Assembly (NCBI GenBank): GCA_002269645.1
Contig: NIVC01000105.1
Coordinates: forward strand, 721,992-785,991
Reading direction: 5' to 3'
Source: Macrostomum lignano
Lineage: Eukaryota
Length of the DNA: 64,000 bases
The position numbers and the translations under genes are program-made. Below, in pieces: positions 9,541-24,008 of the stretch. Under the pieces are notes generated by a model, which saw only the letters and a program-made list of their open reading frames with translations, made no database searches and was not told where the DNA came from. Each line of letters begins with the position of its first letter. Positions within the stretch are counted from its first letter, which is position 1.

Positions 9541-10617
9541 TGTAAAGGCAAAGCTCGAGGTGTACCACGTTAGCTGACTTAGTTAGTGTGTGAGGTGGGG
9601 CGGAGGAAGTTTTTCGTCTTGGAATAGGGTGTTTTGAAAATTTGTTGACACAAGTGAGGTGGGGCGGATGCCACGTTTGAATTTCCGCCGGCGTTGCGTT
9701 CGCGCGGTTAAAGCCGAAAATCGCGCAGACGAATCACAACGAATTATTTCCTCCTGTTTTACTCCGACAGCCGGGTTCTCAAGTCCGGGGGGAGGGTAGT
9801 CGTAATCGTAGTCGAGCGGTCGTGAGCGGCACGGTCGTTCAGACTTTAGACTCAAGGGTCTAGACACCGTAAATCTGTTTTCTGAGTTGCTGAACTGATT
9901 ACTTTCAGTAGAGTAGCGCTGCCACCACCGTAATTGCGTATTACGGAACGTTGAGATCTCAGAGCTCGTTCGGAGATGAGATTAATTTGGTTGTTTAACG
10001 CCCCACGGGCAAATGACTCAAGATAAACTATTAAGGGCTTCGATTAACGAACGAACTGTTATTATTGTCAATTGTTATTATTATTATTATTATTATTAGC
10101 AGGCGGTATTAAATTTTTAAATAGAAATATTATTAAACGAAGATGATCGCGGCAGGTGCCGGGTGCCAATCAACTAACAAAACAATCAAAACGCTAATTA
10201 AGTTATTAAACGGCGATCGCTATTGAACTCACTAAGAAATAAATGACGGGCAGAATAAGCAAACGGATCGAATCAAAAATGCGCACGCGAACGCGGAAAA
10301 AGGAACTAAAACCAAAAGAAAACAAAACCACACAAGAGTAAGCAAACTGGCGGCCCGAATTGGCCTTATAAATAGTGAAAGTGTCGTCCGGACAGCGATG
10401 GGGCAACAGGCAACAGGCAAGGCAGGGGATGGGGCAGAGGATGGGGCAAACGATGGGGCAACGGAAACGTAAACGGGAAATAACAAAAAACGACTTCGTC
10501 AAAAGATGGGGCGAGGGGTGGGGCAAGGGGCGGCGCACTAGGTGACAAAAGGAGTCATAGCAAAATTTCACCACCTGACGAAATCTCGCTCAGACAGTGG
10601 TAGATCGCCCTACCACA
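9541..10617 (-). mobile_element. Possible solo or partial LTR, boundaries uncertain
   Basis: The minus strand begins TGTGGTAGGG (compare TGTGGTAGCC of the 32811 LTR), with short GCCCCA(T/C)C repeats, a TATTTATAAG box and a CA end. GC-richer than the flanks. No TSD found. Confidence 0.35.
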
Positions 10618-12071
10618 TGTGAAATCTCTGCGAAAGCGAAAAGTGGGGCAATCACAGTTTTAATTTTTTTAAATTTAAACAAATTTTGATTCAAGTACAC
10701 ACAAATGTAGTAAAATCATACAGTTCTGTGACTTTTGATTCTATAAATAATTTTTATTCTGAATATATATATAGTCTTGATGTTTACCTTTTCTACCGAT
10801 TAAATCCATGCTGGTCGGGTGCATTTTTATCCTCTAGAAAAGATCTGCTGGTGATAAATTCGATATCAATTCGGCCCTAAATTAGGTGATCAATTTGATT
10901 ACGGGCACTGTTGTCGGAATATTACCCACTGCCGATGGCATCCTATACCTGGTTCGTTATGGTTCGTACCTGCTTTACCTTTATATGTCACGTGCTTCGT
11001 TTTTTATTTTGACACAGCCTTATTTTTTAACTGTGATGAAAGCCTACAGTGCATTTATGGCAAGATAATAGCTGTATTCATAATGGTACTAGTGTACCAT
11101 AGAGTTTAAACAATCATACTGAAGCAGTGCAACTAAAGACAAAAAAAGTGATAGCACATATCATTACCAGAAATGACTGCAATATCTGCGTATGGTATGC
11201 GCCCATTTGTGACCATACAGACGTAGACGTTTATTATGTAAGCAAGACTGTCTGGTCAAGAGCCCTTCCTGAATTCACTAGTGCCCGCTCTTGGCTAGAA
11301 TAAACAATCTTTAAAGTCGGTAAATAGCTAGTAACACTTTCTTCAAGCCTTTATCATGCTCTATTTTTCCGTTGTTTAATAGAATTTTTGTTTTCAACGT
11401 AAGCTTTAAATTTGAACTCGAAATAAATTTCGAAGTTTTTACCGATTGACATGCGTGGCAAATAAAAATGCGTTGTTTGTGCATTTTAAGCAGCTAATGA
11501 ATATTCAATAATTTAGTTATTCGTGCCTAAAGGGCTTTCTATTGTAGTGCCACAACACGAACACGTAAAGGAGTTTTTTCTCTAGCGCACAATTTCTACA
11601 GTTTTTTATTCTGCTTTTAAGGAGTTAAGCGCTTCCAAACCATGTTTTTCTGTGTATCCAAATATTTATTTTGCATTTGAACTTTCTCTATGCATTAGCC
11701 CGACTTGCTACAATTATGGACAACCCAATTTTTGTATTTCAATATTTTTGCCATTAAGTAAATTATTGAACTTGCATCGTTAGACTTTTCGGGCAAGTCC
11801 TGCCCTGGCTTATCTTTAAAAAATCGACTTTCTCTCGGTTTCCATTCGTTTTTATTTGCAACGAATAATGGATCATCAACGCAGAAATAATTAAAACATC
11901 ATTTTTTCACAAAAAAATTACCAAAAGTAAAGCTGTCTACAGGCAAGTTCAGCGCTTACAGACGCTGCCAATCATAAGAATATAGACATCAAACTTTAGA
12001 CAGGTTTATTATCCGGCGCTTTCAAGGATTCTTGCGCGCAAGTCAGCTTTGAGTCATATTAAGTCATCAGG

Positions 12072-12920
12072 TAAATTCGGCCATATCCCGATAGTTAATG
12101 CTTCGTCCCGACAGTTAATGCTTCCTCCCGACAGTTAAATTCGGTCATATCCCGACAGTTAATGCTTCGTCCCGACAGTTAATACTTCGTCCCGACAGTT
12201 AATGCTTCGTCCCGACAGTTAATACTTCGTCCCGACAGTTAAATTTGGCCAAATCCCGACAGTTAATGCTTCGTCCTGACAGTTAAATTCGGCCATATCC
12301 CGACAGTTAATGATTCGTCCCGACAGTTAATGCTTCGTCCCGACAGTTAAATTTGGCCAAATCCCGACAGTTAATGCTTCGTCCCGACAGTTAAATTCGG
12401 CCATATCCCGACAGTTAATGCTTCGTCCCGACAGTTGAATTCGGCCATATCCCGACAGTTAATGCTTCGTCCCGATAGTTAATGCTTGGTCCCGACAGTT
12501 AAATTCGGCCATATCCCGACAGCTAATGCTTCGTCCCGACAGCTAATGCTTCGTCCCGACAGTTAATGCTTCGTCCCGACAGTTAAATTCGGCCATATCC
12601 CGACAGTTAATGCTTCGTCCCGACAGTTAATGCTTCGTCCCGACAGTTAAATTCGGCCATATCCCGACAGTTAATGCTTCGTCCCGACAGTTAATGCTTC
12701 GTCCCGACAGTTAAATTCGGCCATATCCCGACAGTTAATGCTTCGTCCCGACAGTTAAATTCGGCCATATCCCGACAGTTAATGCTTCGTCCCGACAGTT
12801 AAATTCGGCCATATCCCGACAGTTAATGCTTCGTCTGTATAGTTAATGCTTCGTCCCGACAGTTAAATTCGGCCACATCCCGACAGTTAATTCTTCGTCC
12901 CGACAGTTGAATTTGGCCTA
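12072..12920. repeat. Composite minisatellite of 20-bp and 24-bp units sharing the core CCCGACAGTTAA
   Basis: A = CCCGACAGTTAATGCTTCGT, B = CCCGACAGTTAAATTCGGCCATAT; about 39 units. Confidence 0.95.
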
Positions 12921-14321
12921 TTCTTGCAGCTAATATCTCGTACTATGAAAACATTTTATTATGTTGCGTTCTAATGTTTAACAAGAACTGTTAAAGCTTT
13001 GTCTTTTTGGTTCATGCACTATTCTGACTTCAGCAGTTAATTTGAAGGTGGAGTGATTGAAAAAAAATTATTTGTTACTTTTATGGTATTTTAGTGTTGA
13101 AATTCAAGTCCTCATAAAAGATGAGCTGCATTCTATGATACGTAAATATGGCCTGAAATAATTGTTTTTTGATTGTTTTTTTATGATTACTAAATAATAA
13201 AAAACAAAAATAATTTGTTTGTAATAGTAATTTTTAGCAGAAAAAATTGGAAAATCTAGTTGCTGTAAATTTTGTTTTAGTACACTAAAACATCGGTCGG
13301 AATATCGATCGAAATATCGGTCGGTAAATGTTATACACGTTGTCTTTTGTTCTACGGCTGGTCTAATTTGTTTTAACAAATATTTTACTTTTATCAGCAC
13401 AAAAACTTTTGAATTTACCTAGTTATCAAATTATTGTATCATCAATTTATAAAGCTAAGCAGCTAGACTCGATATATAAGATTTAATTCATTCTACCTTT
13501 ATTTTCTAGCTATTACTGATGCAATAGGATGGCATCATATTGCGTTACTTCGAAAAGACAATCGCCCCAGAACGAATGCAAAATGTAAAGTTATAGTATG
13601 AAGGAAAGTTTATACTATTCTTTATTAGACGAACTAAATCATACCACAATTTTTCGCGTGGTAGTCTTGCCCTGCAAGGCATACGGAATTCCACAAAGTT
13701 TGTCTTTGCAAGTCGAAAAAATGTTATCTATATTTTCAGCATAATTAGGTTTCGGGTTGTATTTTTTTATTAAAATTTTGCTATAAACTGTCAATTTCTG
13801 ATAATATTAGCTAAAGACCTTGCCTGGGGCTAGGCCTATTTTAATGTTTTTTTCTCATTGGGCGTACTAGGAAACCCATGTTTAGTGCAAAAAAGTATTT
13901 AGTTTCAATATCTTTGCAAATGCTTAGCCATTTAATAGTAAGTTGGTATTAAAGCTACTTTTCTGCCTATTTTAATACCCAAACATGAGAACTTTCCTCC
14001 CTCCTTTAATTTGTTCTTTAAAACTTTTTGGTAGATCTATGTTTGAATAGAGAAATGCAAGCAAGAAGAAGAGAAGCAGTGGCAAACTGAATTATGAAAT
14101 ATTTCAGCAATGTATGCTTTTGCACCAATTTAAATTTAATTTAAATTTCATTATACAATATGTAGTGTGAGCATCTTTTGTGAATTCTATTAGTTAGTTA
14201 GCTTCTGTATTATTGTTATTGAATTATTATTTTGCTTCAATTTAGTCACGCGGTCTAATGTACTTTTCTTGTTAGTTAGAGCTTATTTTGCGTCAACAGG
14301 TTAGAAGTTAGACGCCAATTC

Positions 14322-15339
14322 TGTGACTCAGCGGAGGGTTGAGTTTTTCTGCGAACCCCGGCTTTGCGCGGCCAGCCAATCAGAACCGGCCTGGACCCTG
14401 GCAACGCGGCAAAATCCAAGTCTACCCGGCGCCGCGGGCACAGTGCAATTCAGCTTAGGCGGCCGGCCAGACGACCACCACCCGGCTTGAGGGGGGGGGG
14501 TTTGAGGGTTTGACTCTGACTATATATGAAAGTGTGTTTGGCAATCGGATCTCGCCTTCTTTCCCCGGTTCTTGGTTTTGTCCAGCTTCCCGGCCGCTTG
14601 CCCGATTGTTTTGGTTCGCGCTTTGAGGCGCTTGAGTTCATCACCCCCGGTCCATATTTTTGTCCCCCGCCCGACCGCTTCAGTCTTGTAGCGTAACGTC
14701 TACGGCAAATTTCTGTCTGAAGTCGTCGCTATCAAGCGCGGTTAGATAGAGACTGTCGGATTTGACCAAGTACGTGGCCTCGATCCTGAGGGCCTCAGTG
14801 TCACACTGAAGGGCAGTGCTGATATAATTTAGTCAGTGCTCCGTTGAACGGTCAATTCGGCGGAGCTCTCGTTCGAGTGTAGGTTCTGGTTTAGGCCAGG
14901 GGTTAGGAGTCTTCTCCGTGGTCCTGTTCGGTTTCTTCTTCTTCAGCTGAGATCCGCTTGCAAGTTGCGTAATTAATTAGTTATTAATCGTTATTATCAT
15001 CAGTGTCAATTTATCTGCGCCGTGAATCGTATTAAGAACCTTGTGACTTTATATAACTTGTCAAATTAAATCGTCAAGTCAATTACTTATTAGCTATTCT
15101 CATTAGGATTATCACTCTCAAAATATATTCGGTTCGTGTTCCCTCGCGTTCTTTCTTTTCTTGTACTGTACCTGCGACTATTAGAGAAAGACTGATAGGA
15201 CTCGCCGACCGGCGATAGGCAATTAGGGCCAATAGCTTTAAAATCTCCGAACGCTCCAAGTAGGTTTGTCTAGGGCCTAAATAATTGCTTATCGCGCATG
15301 CTATGTACACTTATTGTATCTATCACAAATATATTAACA
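14322..15339 (+). mobile_element. Solo LTR of a second family (1018 bp)
   Basis: TGTGACTC...TTAACA termini, 4-bp TSD ATTC (14318-14321 and 15340-15343), CCAAT (~14377) and TATATATGAAA (~14521); no flanking PBS or PPT. Confidence 0.7.
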
Positions 15340-16641
15340 ATTCATTGTGACGAATACCGAAATAATAAAGACGGTAAGGCACTAATGACTCAATGCCTCC
15401 GCAGTGATTTAAATCGCGGTTATATCTGACTACCAATTTGCTGTGTCTGGAACAACCAGAACTCTCTGAGATGGTTTGTTTTTCTAAGCTAGCCAGCTTA
15501 GTTAGTACAGCAGCCCTCGTTGGACAGAGCTCGAGCTCGCCCAGCTGCGATTAAAGAATTCACAGTTTTCTGCTATGCTCGGTCGTTCACACACACCACT
15601 GACGGTGGCGATGAGCCGCGCAAATTCGATACACGATTCTTGAGCTTCGCGAGTTTAATCGTCATCAAAAGCGCTTGATTTATTTCTGTTGCTTCTGCTA
15701 TTGTCTGAAGTGGACGAAGATGGCGACTGAGAAACTTTGGGCCGCGAGTTACTGACTATTGTTTCTACTGTAGTTTCAGCAGCTATCAGATTCGCACTGC
15801 GGTCACGTTCTGCATCGGCCAACTCGGCGCTGCACACGCATCCTGACTCAGGCTGTCTGGCAGCCAACATCAGTCGTTTGGCAGCGCAGCTCGACCTGAC
15901 ATGCAACAGAACCAGTGGCGTCCTGGATTCGCCTCTTGGTTTGGACTACGTCGGGCAATCAAAGAAAAGAAATTCAAAGAGCAACCAAACGGCCGACATA
16001 AATGCAGCACCGCCCGGATTGCCGACTGTGGAGTCAACACGACCAAAGAACGCTCCTTTCGGAGAGCCATCCGGTTCTCGCAAACGGACATCCGTGGAGA
16101 CTGTTTCATCATCGATTTCGTCCTCGGACTCATCCGACGACACCACTGATTCGCGAAAGGAGAATTCCTTTCGCAGCCAAAGAGGTCGTCCGGTGGCAAA
16201 CATGAAATCCACAACCAGTCCTGTACGGAAATTCGACGTCGGCCAGAGGTCGGAAGGACGTCGAAACTAGATGATTACTTTGCTCGCAATTTAAAATGTT
16301 TGGAGCCATCTGAGATAAAAAAGCAAACGTTTTTTAATTTATTTTAAACGTTTTATTGATAATTTCAAATTTTTTCTTCACTTTTAAGCGGAAAAGAAAT
16401 ACATCGTCTTGTTTTAGTCGGTCTGTAGACGTCGGATGTCAACTGCAATGCGACGAGCATTAAATGAACTCTTTTGAAATAATAGAATGTAACTAAAACA
16501 GTCTCAAGTATTTTAAAAACCGAAAATTTAATGATTTTTTGCATTTTCTATGCTTCAGCATAACACTATTTTAGAAAAGAACTGTATCGTTTGTTATATC
16601 TTGTCTTATTTTAAAAGAATTATTTATTGTTTTTCGGTTTC

Positions 16642-19600
16642 CCCGCTGGGAAAAAATTAGCAGCGACGACACATTGACGACTGGAGTCGACAGCTATATG
16701 ACGATAGCCCTTGTCGATTTTAACCGATTAAACAAAGTCTAGTATGTATTATTCATTGCGTCGGTTGCATTAGACGATTAATCACGTTAAATACAAATTA
16801 GTTGTAATATTTATATGGATTTTTAAGCATAGAAAAAAGTGAAATAAAAAAATTCTCGATTTGATTTGCGTGCATTCGAAAATGCACGATGCAATTAAGA
16901 CGAGTATACATTTTCAAGCCTGCTACTATACGTGCGTGTGTAATGAACCAGAGAATAATTATTCCCTTGATTTTTACCCGTAAAGTTAATCCACTCTACA
17001 AATTAATATGATAACTCACATCTAGAAGTAACCACTTACACGATCATATCAATGGCAGAAGATATTGACGTCCTATTTCTTACTACCTTGGTCAATGAAG
17101 CCCACATTTTGCCTTCTCTGTATGTGGATTTAAATCATATTATTAAATTTTATACTTTTTCGAGTTGGATGCCTAAAAGGGTATAATTTTCATACTTTAT
17201 TTACTATCATCAAGTTCAATTTTATATTTTAAAATCCTGAATTGTTTCTATCTAAATGAAAATACAGTAAAAGTTACATTTATACTTTTTACGCTAAACA
17301 AACAGGAAGTATATGCTTAATTATGTGTAGTAGAAATGTATGGAAAATTTTCTATGAAAGAACATATGGATAGAGTTAGACTCTTTTCTACTTGCACATT
17401 GTACCCAGTGCAGTGAAAATTCATGCGGCAGCCTGCAGCTAAAGTTTTATATCCTTTGTGTTTTGAATAAATCTGAAATTATATATTCATATTCTTTTTT
17501 TAACTGTAGGCCTGGTTTTAAAAAAGTTTTTCTTGTTAAAAAAGAGTCTAAATGAACTAGAATTACATTGATTTACTTCTGGTTGGAAAAACAATGGTTG
17601 TAGAGTTTTGATTGCCGAGTAAAAATATATATTCTAAAGATCCAGCCAAGTTATCTTTTATTTTATGGAACTTGTGGCTCTAAACTTTGAATAGTGATAT
17701 AGCATTTGGCATGAAAAATAAAGTTAGTCATGGGAAATGTCTACAATAGATTGGCAATCCACATTTCTAAATTGTTGATAGATAATGGATAAAGAATAAT
17801 GGATAATGGACAAAGAAATATGAATAATTTCTTTTAAAAAGTATGGTTTAATAGAGTAAAAACCCACATAATATCAAATATGTAATGCTTTCTTATTTGT
17901 CAAAAATGGTATAAATGTAATTAATTGGTGCATAGAACAGTAATATATTGTACTATCATGAAATTGTAGTAGTGGTAATATAATGCTTGACACCAAGTAT
18001 CATGTTTAAACTAGCTATGCAACAAATTAATTACTGCTAGATACAATATGGAAAGTCAACCTGCTGTTAAAAATCATTAGAAATATAATATGCTAGTGTT
18101 ACTATAGATTATAGATGTTAAGCATATAATATTGTCATTTAATGTCTTAGTTTTGCTGTAAAGTTTTACTTTATAAATGCTTATATTGTAGTTTAAGCCC
18201 AATTAGTAGTGTATATTCCTGTGTAGAAGACAAGAATAAAGCATAGCATAATAAAGCACATTATATAGATGTTTTGCTGTCTACTGCCCTTATCCAGTAT
18301 CCCTAAATGCTGTATTCCTAATTTTATTTAATATTAATTAAGTCTACAATTGTTACAAAATATGGATTGGTAGGAGAGATTAGAGGTATATTCTGCTTCA
18401 TTTCAGAAACATGTCAACCTACTATGTTATTCAAGACTATAATTCATTAAAGATAATTGTTGTAGATGCCGTCAGCATTCAGGAGGTGCCGTCTCAACAG
18501 ACTACTGTTATGCCAGGGGGTGCAGCGCGCTCAACCTCGATTTCTTTGGGGTTTGGCACCCATGTTAAAGCTGCACCTTATGGTTTATATAAGTCGGACC
18601 TGTCAGCATGCGTATTGTGTGGTCCAATAGACCGGAGAACTGCCTGCAGGGTGGAGGTTGCCATCTGGTCGCTGTTGAAAGAAGTGGCGGAGACCAAAGA
18701 AGCTGGAAAGCTAGCAGAGTCCAAGCGCTGCGTTGCCAACTTTGTGAGTTAGATACGTAGGTACTTCAGTGACTTAGCAATATTCATGTAGACAATTGTG
18801 CGCTGGTAAATTTCATCGATCCGTCGCATAAAAGAAAAGGGAAACAGGTCAGATCAGATCAGGTCAGGTTAGTTCAAGTCAGGTCAGGCCAGTCAGGTTG
18901 CACAAGCGCCGTAGCAGCGCGCCGATAGCTAGACAAATAGCTACTCTTACAATGCACTCCAACTCTCCTCTTCAGCTATAAAGTGATGCTGCCCCGCGGA
19001 CGAGCAGGCTGAGCCTTCACGTGGAACTAGAAGGCTCATGCGCATGCGAGTTGCCAAATGCGCATAGCATGATGCCTTTTTTAAATGGCCACCTGAACAT
19101 CCCGGTAAAATGTCACGCTCTAATAGTTTGTCTCTATGTAGAGATTGACAAGTACAAAATTTATCACTGAACCATTTTTCTTCAGACGACTACTCCAAGG
19201 CCGCGTCAGGCAGTCGCAGTCGTTCCGGTGCAGGCACAAGTAGTACACGTGACTCCGGAAACGGTTTGGCCAACAATGACGTCTCCAGTCGCTGATATTG
19301 CTGCAAGTGCTGATATGATTTTTATGATGTCGAATCAGGTAAGCCAATTTTTTTTCGCTGATTGAACAGTCAGTCCACTAAGTGCTCATGCCAGATGCCA
19401 TCCTCTGTTGCAGACGTTTATGCCGATCAAGCCTGAAGCTACTGCTGATCAAGCCAGTCATGACGCAATCGCAGCCGACGAATGCACGATGCTGAGGTCG
19501 AGGCTGACGTTCACACTGAGGTCATGTCTGAGGAATGTGGTGCTGCAGTCGAAGACCGAGACAAAGACGGACCATGCTGCAGGTGTATTCGGCGATCGTG

Positions 19601-21475
19601 TAGGTAAGAACGTACGATTGACGCACTCGCTAATTACTTACCCATCTGCTCTTTGAACACTACTCACACAAACTTTTTGTAGGTCTGCCGACACTTAAAC
19701 CAGATGAAGGTGATGGTCGCGGTGTGGACGAGTTCGATCACACAGACGGCGACGTTGGTGAGAGGGAATAGTGAAGCAAGCGAGAGGAGAGAAGAGACGA
19801 GTGGAGAGAGAAGAAGAGGACAGAGGGGAGAGCAGAGATGAGAAAATAAAAGAGAAAAGAGAAGTCGGCTAGAAGAGACACCAACCTTAAGCGGGCCGTA
19901 TTGCTATTGTGAAGTTCAAAGGACCCGATGACCGGATATAGAGGCTTAGCGGACGGCATGTGGCCCGCCTGCCGGAGTTTGCCGACACCCTGCCGTAAGT
20001 GCAGGTATTGCCTGTGTGTTAGCATTCTTGCTTTGCGAGTCATCTTTGTCTGCCTTGACCTGCGTGTACGAGTATTTGCTTTGAATAACATGAAATTTCA
20101 AGTTATTAATTACTTACCTGTTGCAATGCCATAACCTTAACCAAGCCGTTGAATTTTAACCGAATCCAGAATGTTTTTAAACCAATTTTCTTGTATGTTG
20201 CATATCTTCAGGTTACAGAATGATATTCAGCTGTTCATTTTTTAGGTCACGGACTGATAATCAGGTTTGTTATCTGTTTTTTCAGTGTTGACCCGTTTTG
20301 ATCCGTTTGTTAGGTCACGGACTGATAATTATGTTCATTTTTCAAGTCAGACTGATAACCAGGTTTGTCATCCGTTTTATCTGTTTGATCGTTTTGATCC
20401 GTTTGTCAAGTGTGATAATATATATTCATCATATAAATGATAATTAAATTCATTTTCAGGTCACAGACTTATAATCAGTTCATTTTTCAGGTCACCGACT
20501 GCAGATAGTCAGGCTTCTTTTTTCAGGTCACGGACTGATAATCAGGTTCATTTTTCAGGTCACAGACTGATAATGAGGTTTATTTTTCAGGTCACGGACT
20601 GATAATCAGTTCATTTTTTAGGTCACACACTGATAATCAGTTCATTTTTCAGGTCACAGACTGATAACTATGTTCATTTTTCAGGTCACAGACTGATAAT
20701 CAGTTCACTTTTCAGGTCTGATAATCGGGCTCATTTTTCAGGTCACGGACTGCAGATAGTCAGGCTTCTTTTTCAGGTCACGGACTGGTAATTATGTTCA
20801 TTTTCAGGTCACAGACTGATAATCGGGTTCATTTTTCAGGTCACAGACTGATAATCAGTTCACTTTTCAGGTCACAGACTGATAATAATCAGTTCATTTT
20901 TCAGGTCACGGACTGCAGATAGTCAGGCTTCTTTTTCAGGTCACGGACTGGCAATTATGTTCATTTTCAGGCCACAGACTGATAATCAGATAAAATTAAA
21001 AGTTAAAATTTATTAATTGCTTCCCGAATTTCAACGTATATATCCTGCTTGCTGTTGCTCGTTTTTTCGCTCTCCAATTTCTTGAATAATTTATTTAGCT
21101 GCTTTTATAACTGCAGTTCTGGCTAGAATACATATGTATTTTGTTAAGCGACTGTTTTAACTGTTAAAACCCGTTAATATTATGATGATATCTGTCGAAT
21201 TTGCATCCAATTTCGTTAAAAATCGTAAAAATACCAAATTTTTGCATGCTGTCGCATAAAATAAGGGCTTAATTTTCTCACGGCGCTACTAAATTCAGTA
21301 GTATCATTCGAATGCACGCTTCTTAATCTGCTTCACTGCCTGCTTTTTGGCGGCCTCTGATTGGTTGAGACGGCTAGTTGTGTCGACAGGGGGACGACAA
21401 ACTACGACCGGGTGACGACACATGACGACTTGTCGTCATTAGCCTGTCGACATTGCTAATTTTTTTCCCAGCGGG
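16642..21475 (+). mobile_element. Non-autonomous CMC/EnSpm-type DNA transposon (4834 bp)
   Basis: TIRs CCCGCTGGGAAAAAATTAGCA / TGCTAATTTTTTTCCCAGCGGG, 2-bp TSD TC, GACGAC/GTCGAC subterminal repeats. Remnant accessory-type exons (18411-18752; WPP motif near 19085); no transposase seen. Confidence 0.85.
20232..20990. repeat. ~31-bp tandem repeat TTCATTTTTCAGGTCAC(A/G)GACTGATAATCAG
   Basis: About 20 degenerate copies inside the CMC element. Confidence 0.9.
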
Positions 21476-22289
21476 TCATTTTGGCCCTCTGCATTTTTAT
21501 TTTACTTGATAATGATACAGATAGTTGCTAGCTATAGTTGTTGCATTAGTTTAGTCCCGTGATTAAAGTTACACACAACGTTATTAGGGCTTATTGATTC
21601 TTATCTGCACATTTTAAAAGTATTTGCCTTCTATGACGTTAACCAGATAGAAGCAATTTTTGAAAGCGTTCCTGTCACAGTTTTTGTGTATCGATCTTAT
21701 AGTTAGCTAAGCCTAAGGGCCTTTGATTTTGGATTAGAAGTTACATTATAATTTCTTTTTGCATTATTGTCATACGTTGCTACATATACGGAGGTGGTAC
21801 AGCCTCTTCTTAATTTAAAAAAATGTTTTCTTTTGCAGAAAAAGCTGACCTAGGCCTACCAAAGGCAAAATTCCTACGGCTGTATAGTGTTGGAGGCGGC
21901 AGCCTTTGCCACTCTTCCTCACTTTGTCCTCAAGTTCTGAAAAGTTGAACTTTACCTTAACTGTGTTGGGCCCTATCTATGCCAGGTTCCGTCTTGTGGA
22001 ATGTTTGTAAAATGCTGTGACTATAGGCCTACTAGGCCCTAGCTAGAATACTACTAGTATTACTAGGCCTATACTTAATAAGCTATATAGCTGTGTTATT
22101 GTTTTAGTCTTTGCTATTTTATTGGTACAAATTATTTTTAACTACTTTTTTATATTAGGGCTTTTATATTAGGCTTTTTATCACTTTGCTTGTCCTTTAT
22201 TGTCTATGGCCCATAGACTAAGGCTGCACGCAGCCAGGCCCTTCGCAGTCAGCGTAGGCAGGATTCTCTTTGGGTGGCTTTATTCTCAG

Positions 22290-24008
22290 TTAGGCTGACA
22301 AAAGCAATATTACTAGTAGTTGTGATGGATCTCTTTCAAGCATTTCAAACTTTTCCTATGAGCAATTAAGTGAAGACTTGGCTATTCAAAAAGAAATTCA
22401 GGATTGGGCTACAACATGCAATATTAAGCTAGATTTGATTTCATTATTAAAGATTTTGAAGAAGCGTATTCCAAGTTTGCCTGCTACTGGAAAAACATTA
22501 CTCAAGCCTTCTTTAGAGAATAAGGAACTTTTCAATTTTTTGACATTCAGCCAGGGAAATATTGCCATTTTGAAGTTATCAAAGGAATCAAGTATATTTT
22601 TTTCAACTATTAAAGGGCAATCGAACTTTCAAACTGCTCAAGAATTTACTTTGTCATTAAACATTGATGAAGTACCTCTTTTCCAAAGTTCTGTTTTTGG
22701 ACTATGGACTATTCTAGGTGCTATTAATGAAGTGCCAAACTCTGTCTTCATTATTGGTATTTATTATGGAAGCAACAAACCGGACTCTTCAAATGAATTT
22801 TTGAAACAACTCTGCCAGGAACTACTTGTTATCAGCAATGAGCCACTTAGCATTTATGGTTATCAGCTAAACATAGCTTTAAAATGGATTATTTGTGACA
22901 TGCCAGCTAAAAATTTTGTGAAAAATACTACTGGTGTAACCGGGTATTTTTTATGTGATCGCTGCACCACTCGAGGGCAACACAGTGAACATCTAGAAGC
23001 ATTGTATTTCCAGAAAGAAATGCATTAAGGCGAACTGACCAGTCACTTCGTTCTCGTGATCAAGAAGAGCATCATCGAACAGGGTTTCCAAGCTCTGAAT
23101 TCGAGTCTTTGCCAGTGAACATGAATGATTCATTTACAACGGATTCATTGCATGTTCTCTACAAAGGTGTCTCATTAAAAGTTTTGTTGCTTCTGCATAC
23201 TGGTCCATTCCACCTGAATAATGCTTGTGAGAAGGAATTAAGTTGTATTTTAAATCGAATTGGAAGGTATGTCCCTTCAGAATTTCAAAGAAAACCCAAG
23301 GCATTTAAGCATATTCGGCTCTGGAAGGCAACAGAAATCAGATTTTTTACTATATATCTGATTCCACTTGTGTTGCCTCGCTTTATGCCTAGGGATAACC
23401 CACGTTTGATGGGTTTGTTTTTGTGTTTGCATTTAATTGCAGTGCCGCTAAATACTCAAAATGTTATCCATAACCAGAAATGCATCTTGAATAAGATATT
23501 TTGCGACTTCTACTCTTGTGTCGATGACCTTTTTGGATGCAGTTTCTTCAGTCCTGTTGTGCATGGTCTTCAGCACCTCGTAGAAGATTATAAAGTGCAT
23601 GGGCTCATTGAACAGTTTTCTTCATTCATCTTTGAAAACTTCAATCGTTAGCCTTTGGAGCAAATTAGCAACAGAGTTTTGGAGACGAATCAATGCCTAG
23701 GCAGGCTGACCATTGATACTACTACCTTTCCACAGGTTTCCAGCCAGCATTTTACTAGGCTTTATAAATTACCTGATTTCTGTAAGGAGCACGCTATGTT
23801 CAAGCAAGTTGCGCTAAGCAAGGATCTAAAGCTGTCACTAAAGCAACGAGATGCTTTCTTTACTATGAGAGACAACAATGGCACATTTAAAGCCTGCAAG
23901 TTGATCAATATTCTGCAAAATATCTCCAGTCAAGAGACATTGCTAGCTTATCAACAGTTCTCTGTGTGTGAAAGCTTCTATAGTCTACCATTTAAGTCGT
24001 CCATATAG
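22290..24008 (+). pseudogene. CMC/EnSpm transposase pseudogene 1
   Basis: WATTCNI..LLKILK..PSLP.T.KTLL; NIDEVPLFQSS..W.ILG; CDMPAK.F...G.TGYFLCDRC; DSLHVLYKGV; PSEFQRKP...WKATE; HGLQHL..Y..HG....FSSF.FENF. Frameshift near 23028 and stop at 23651. Confidence 0.9.

Noticed and set aside
12072-12920. CRISPR-like repeat-spacer array
   Set aside because: Only two recurring tails rather than unique spacers, no cas genes, and a eukaryotic context.
15655-16270. Ser/acidic ORFs on both strands
   Set aside because: Low complexity with no recognisable motif; cannot be assigned.
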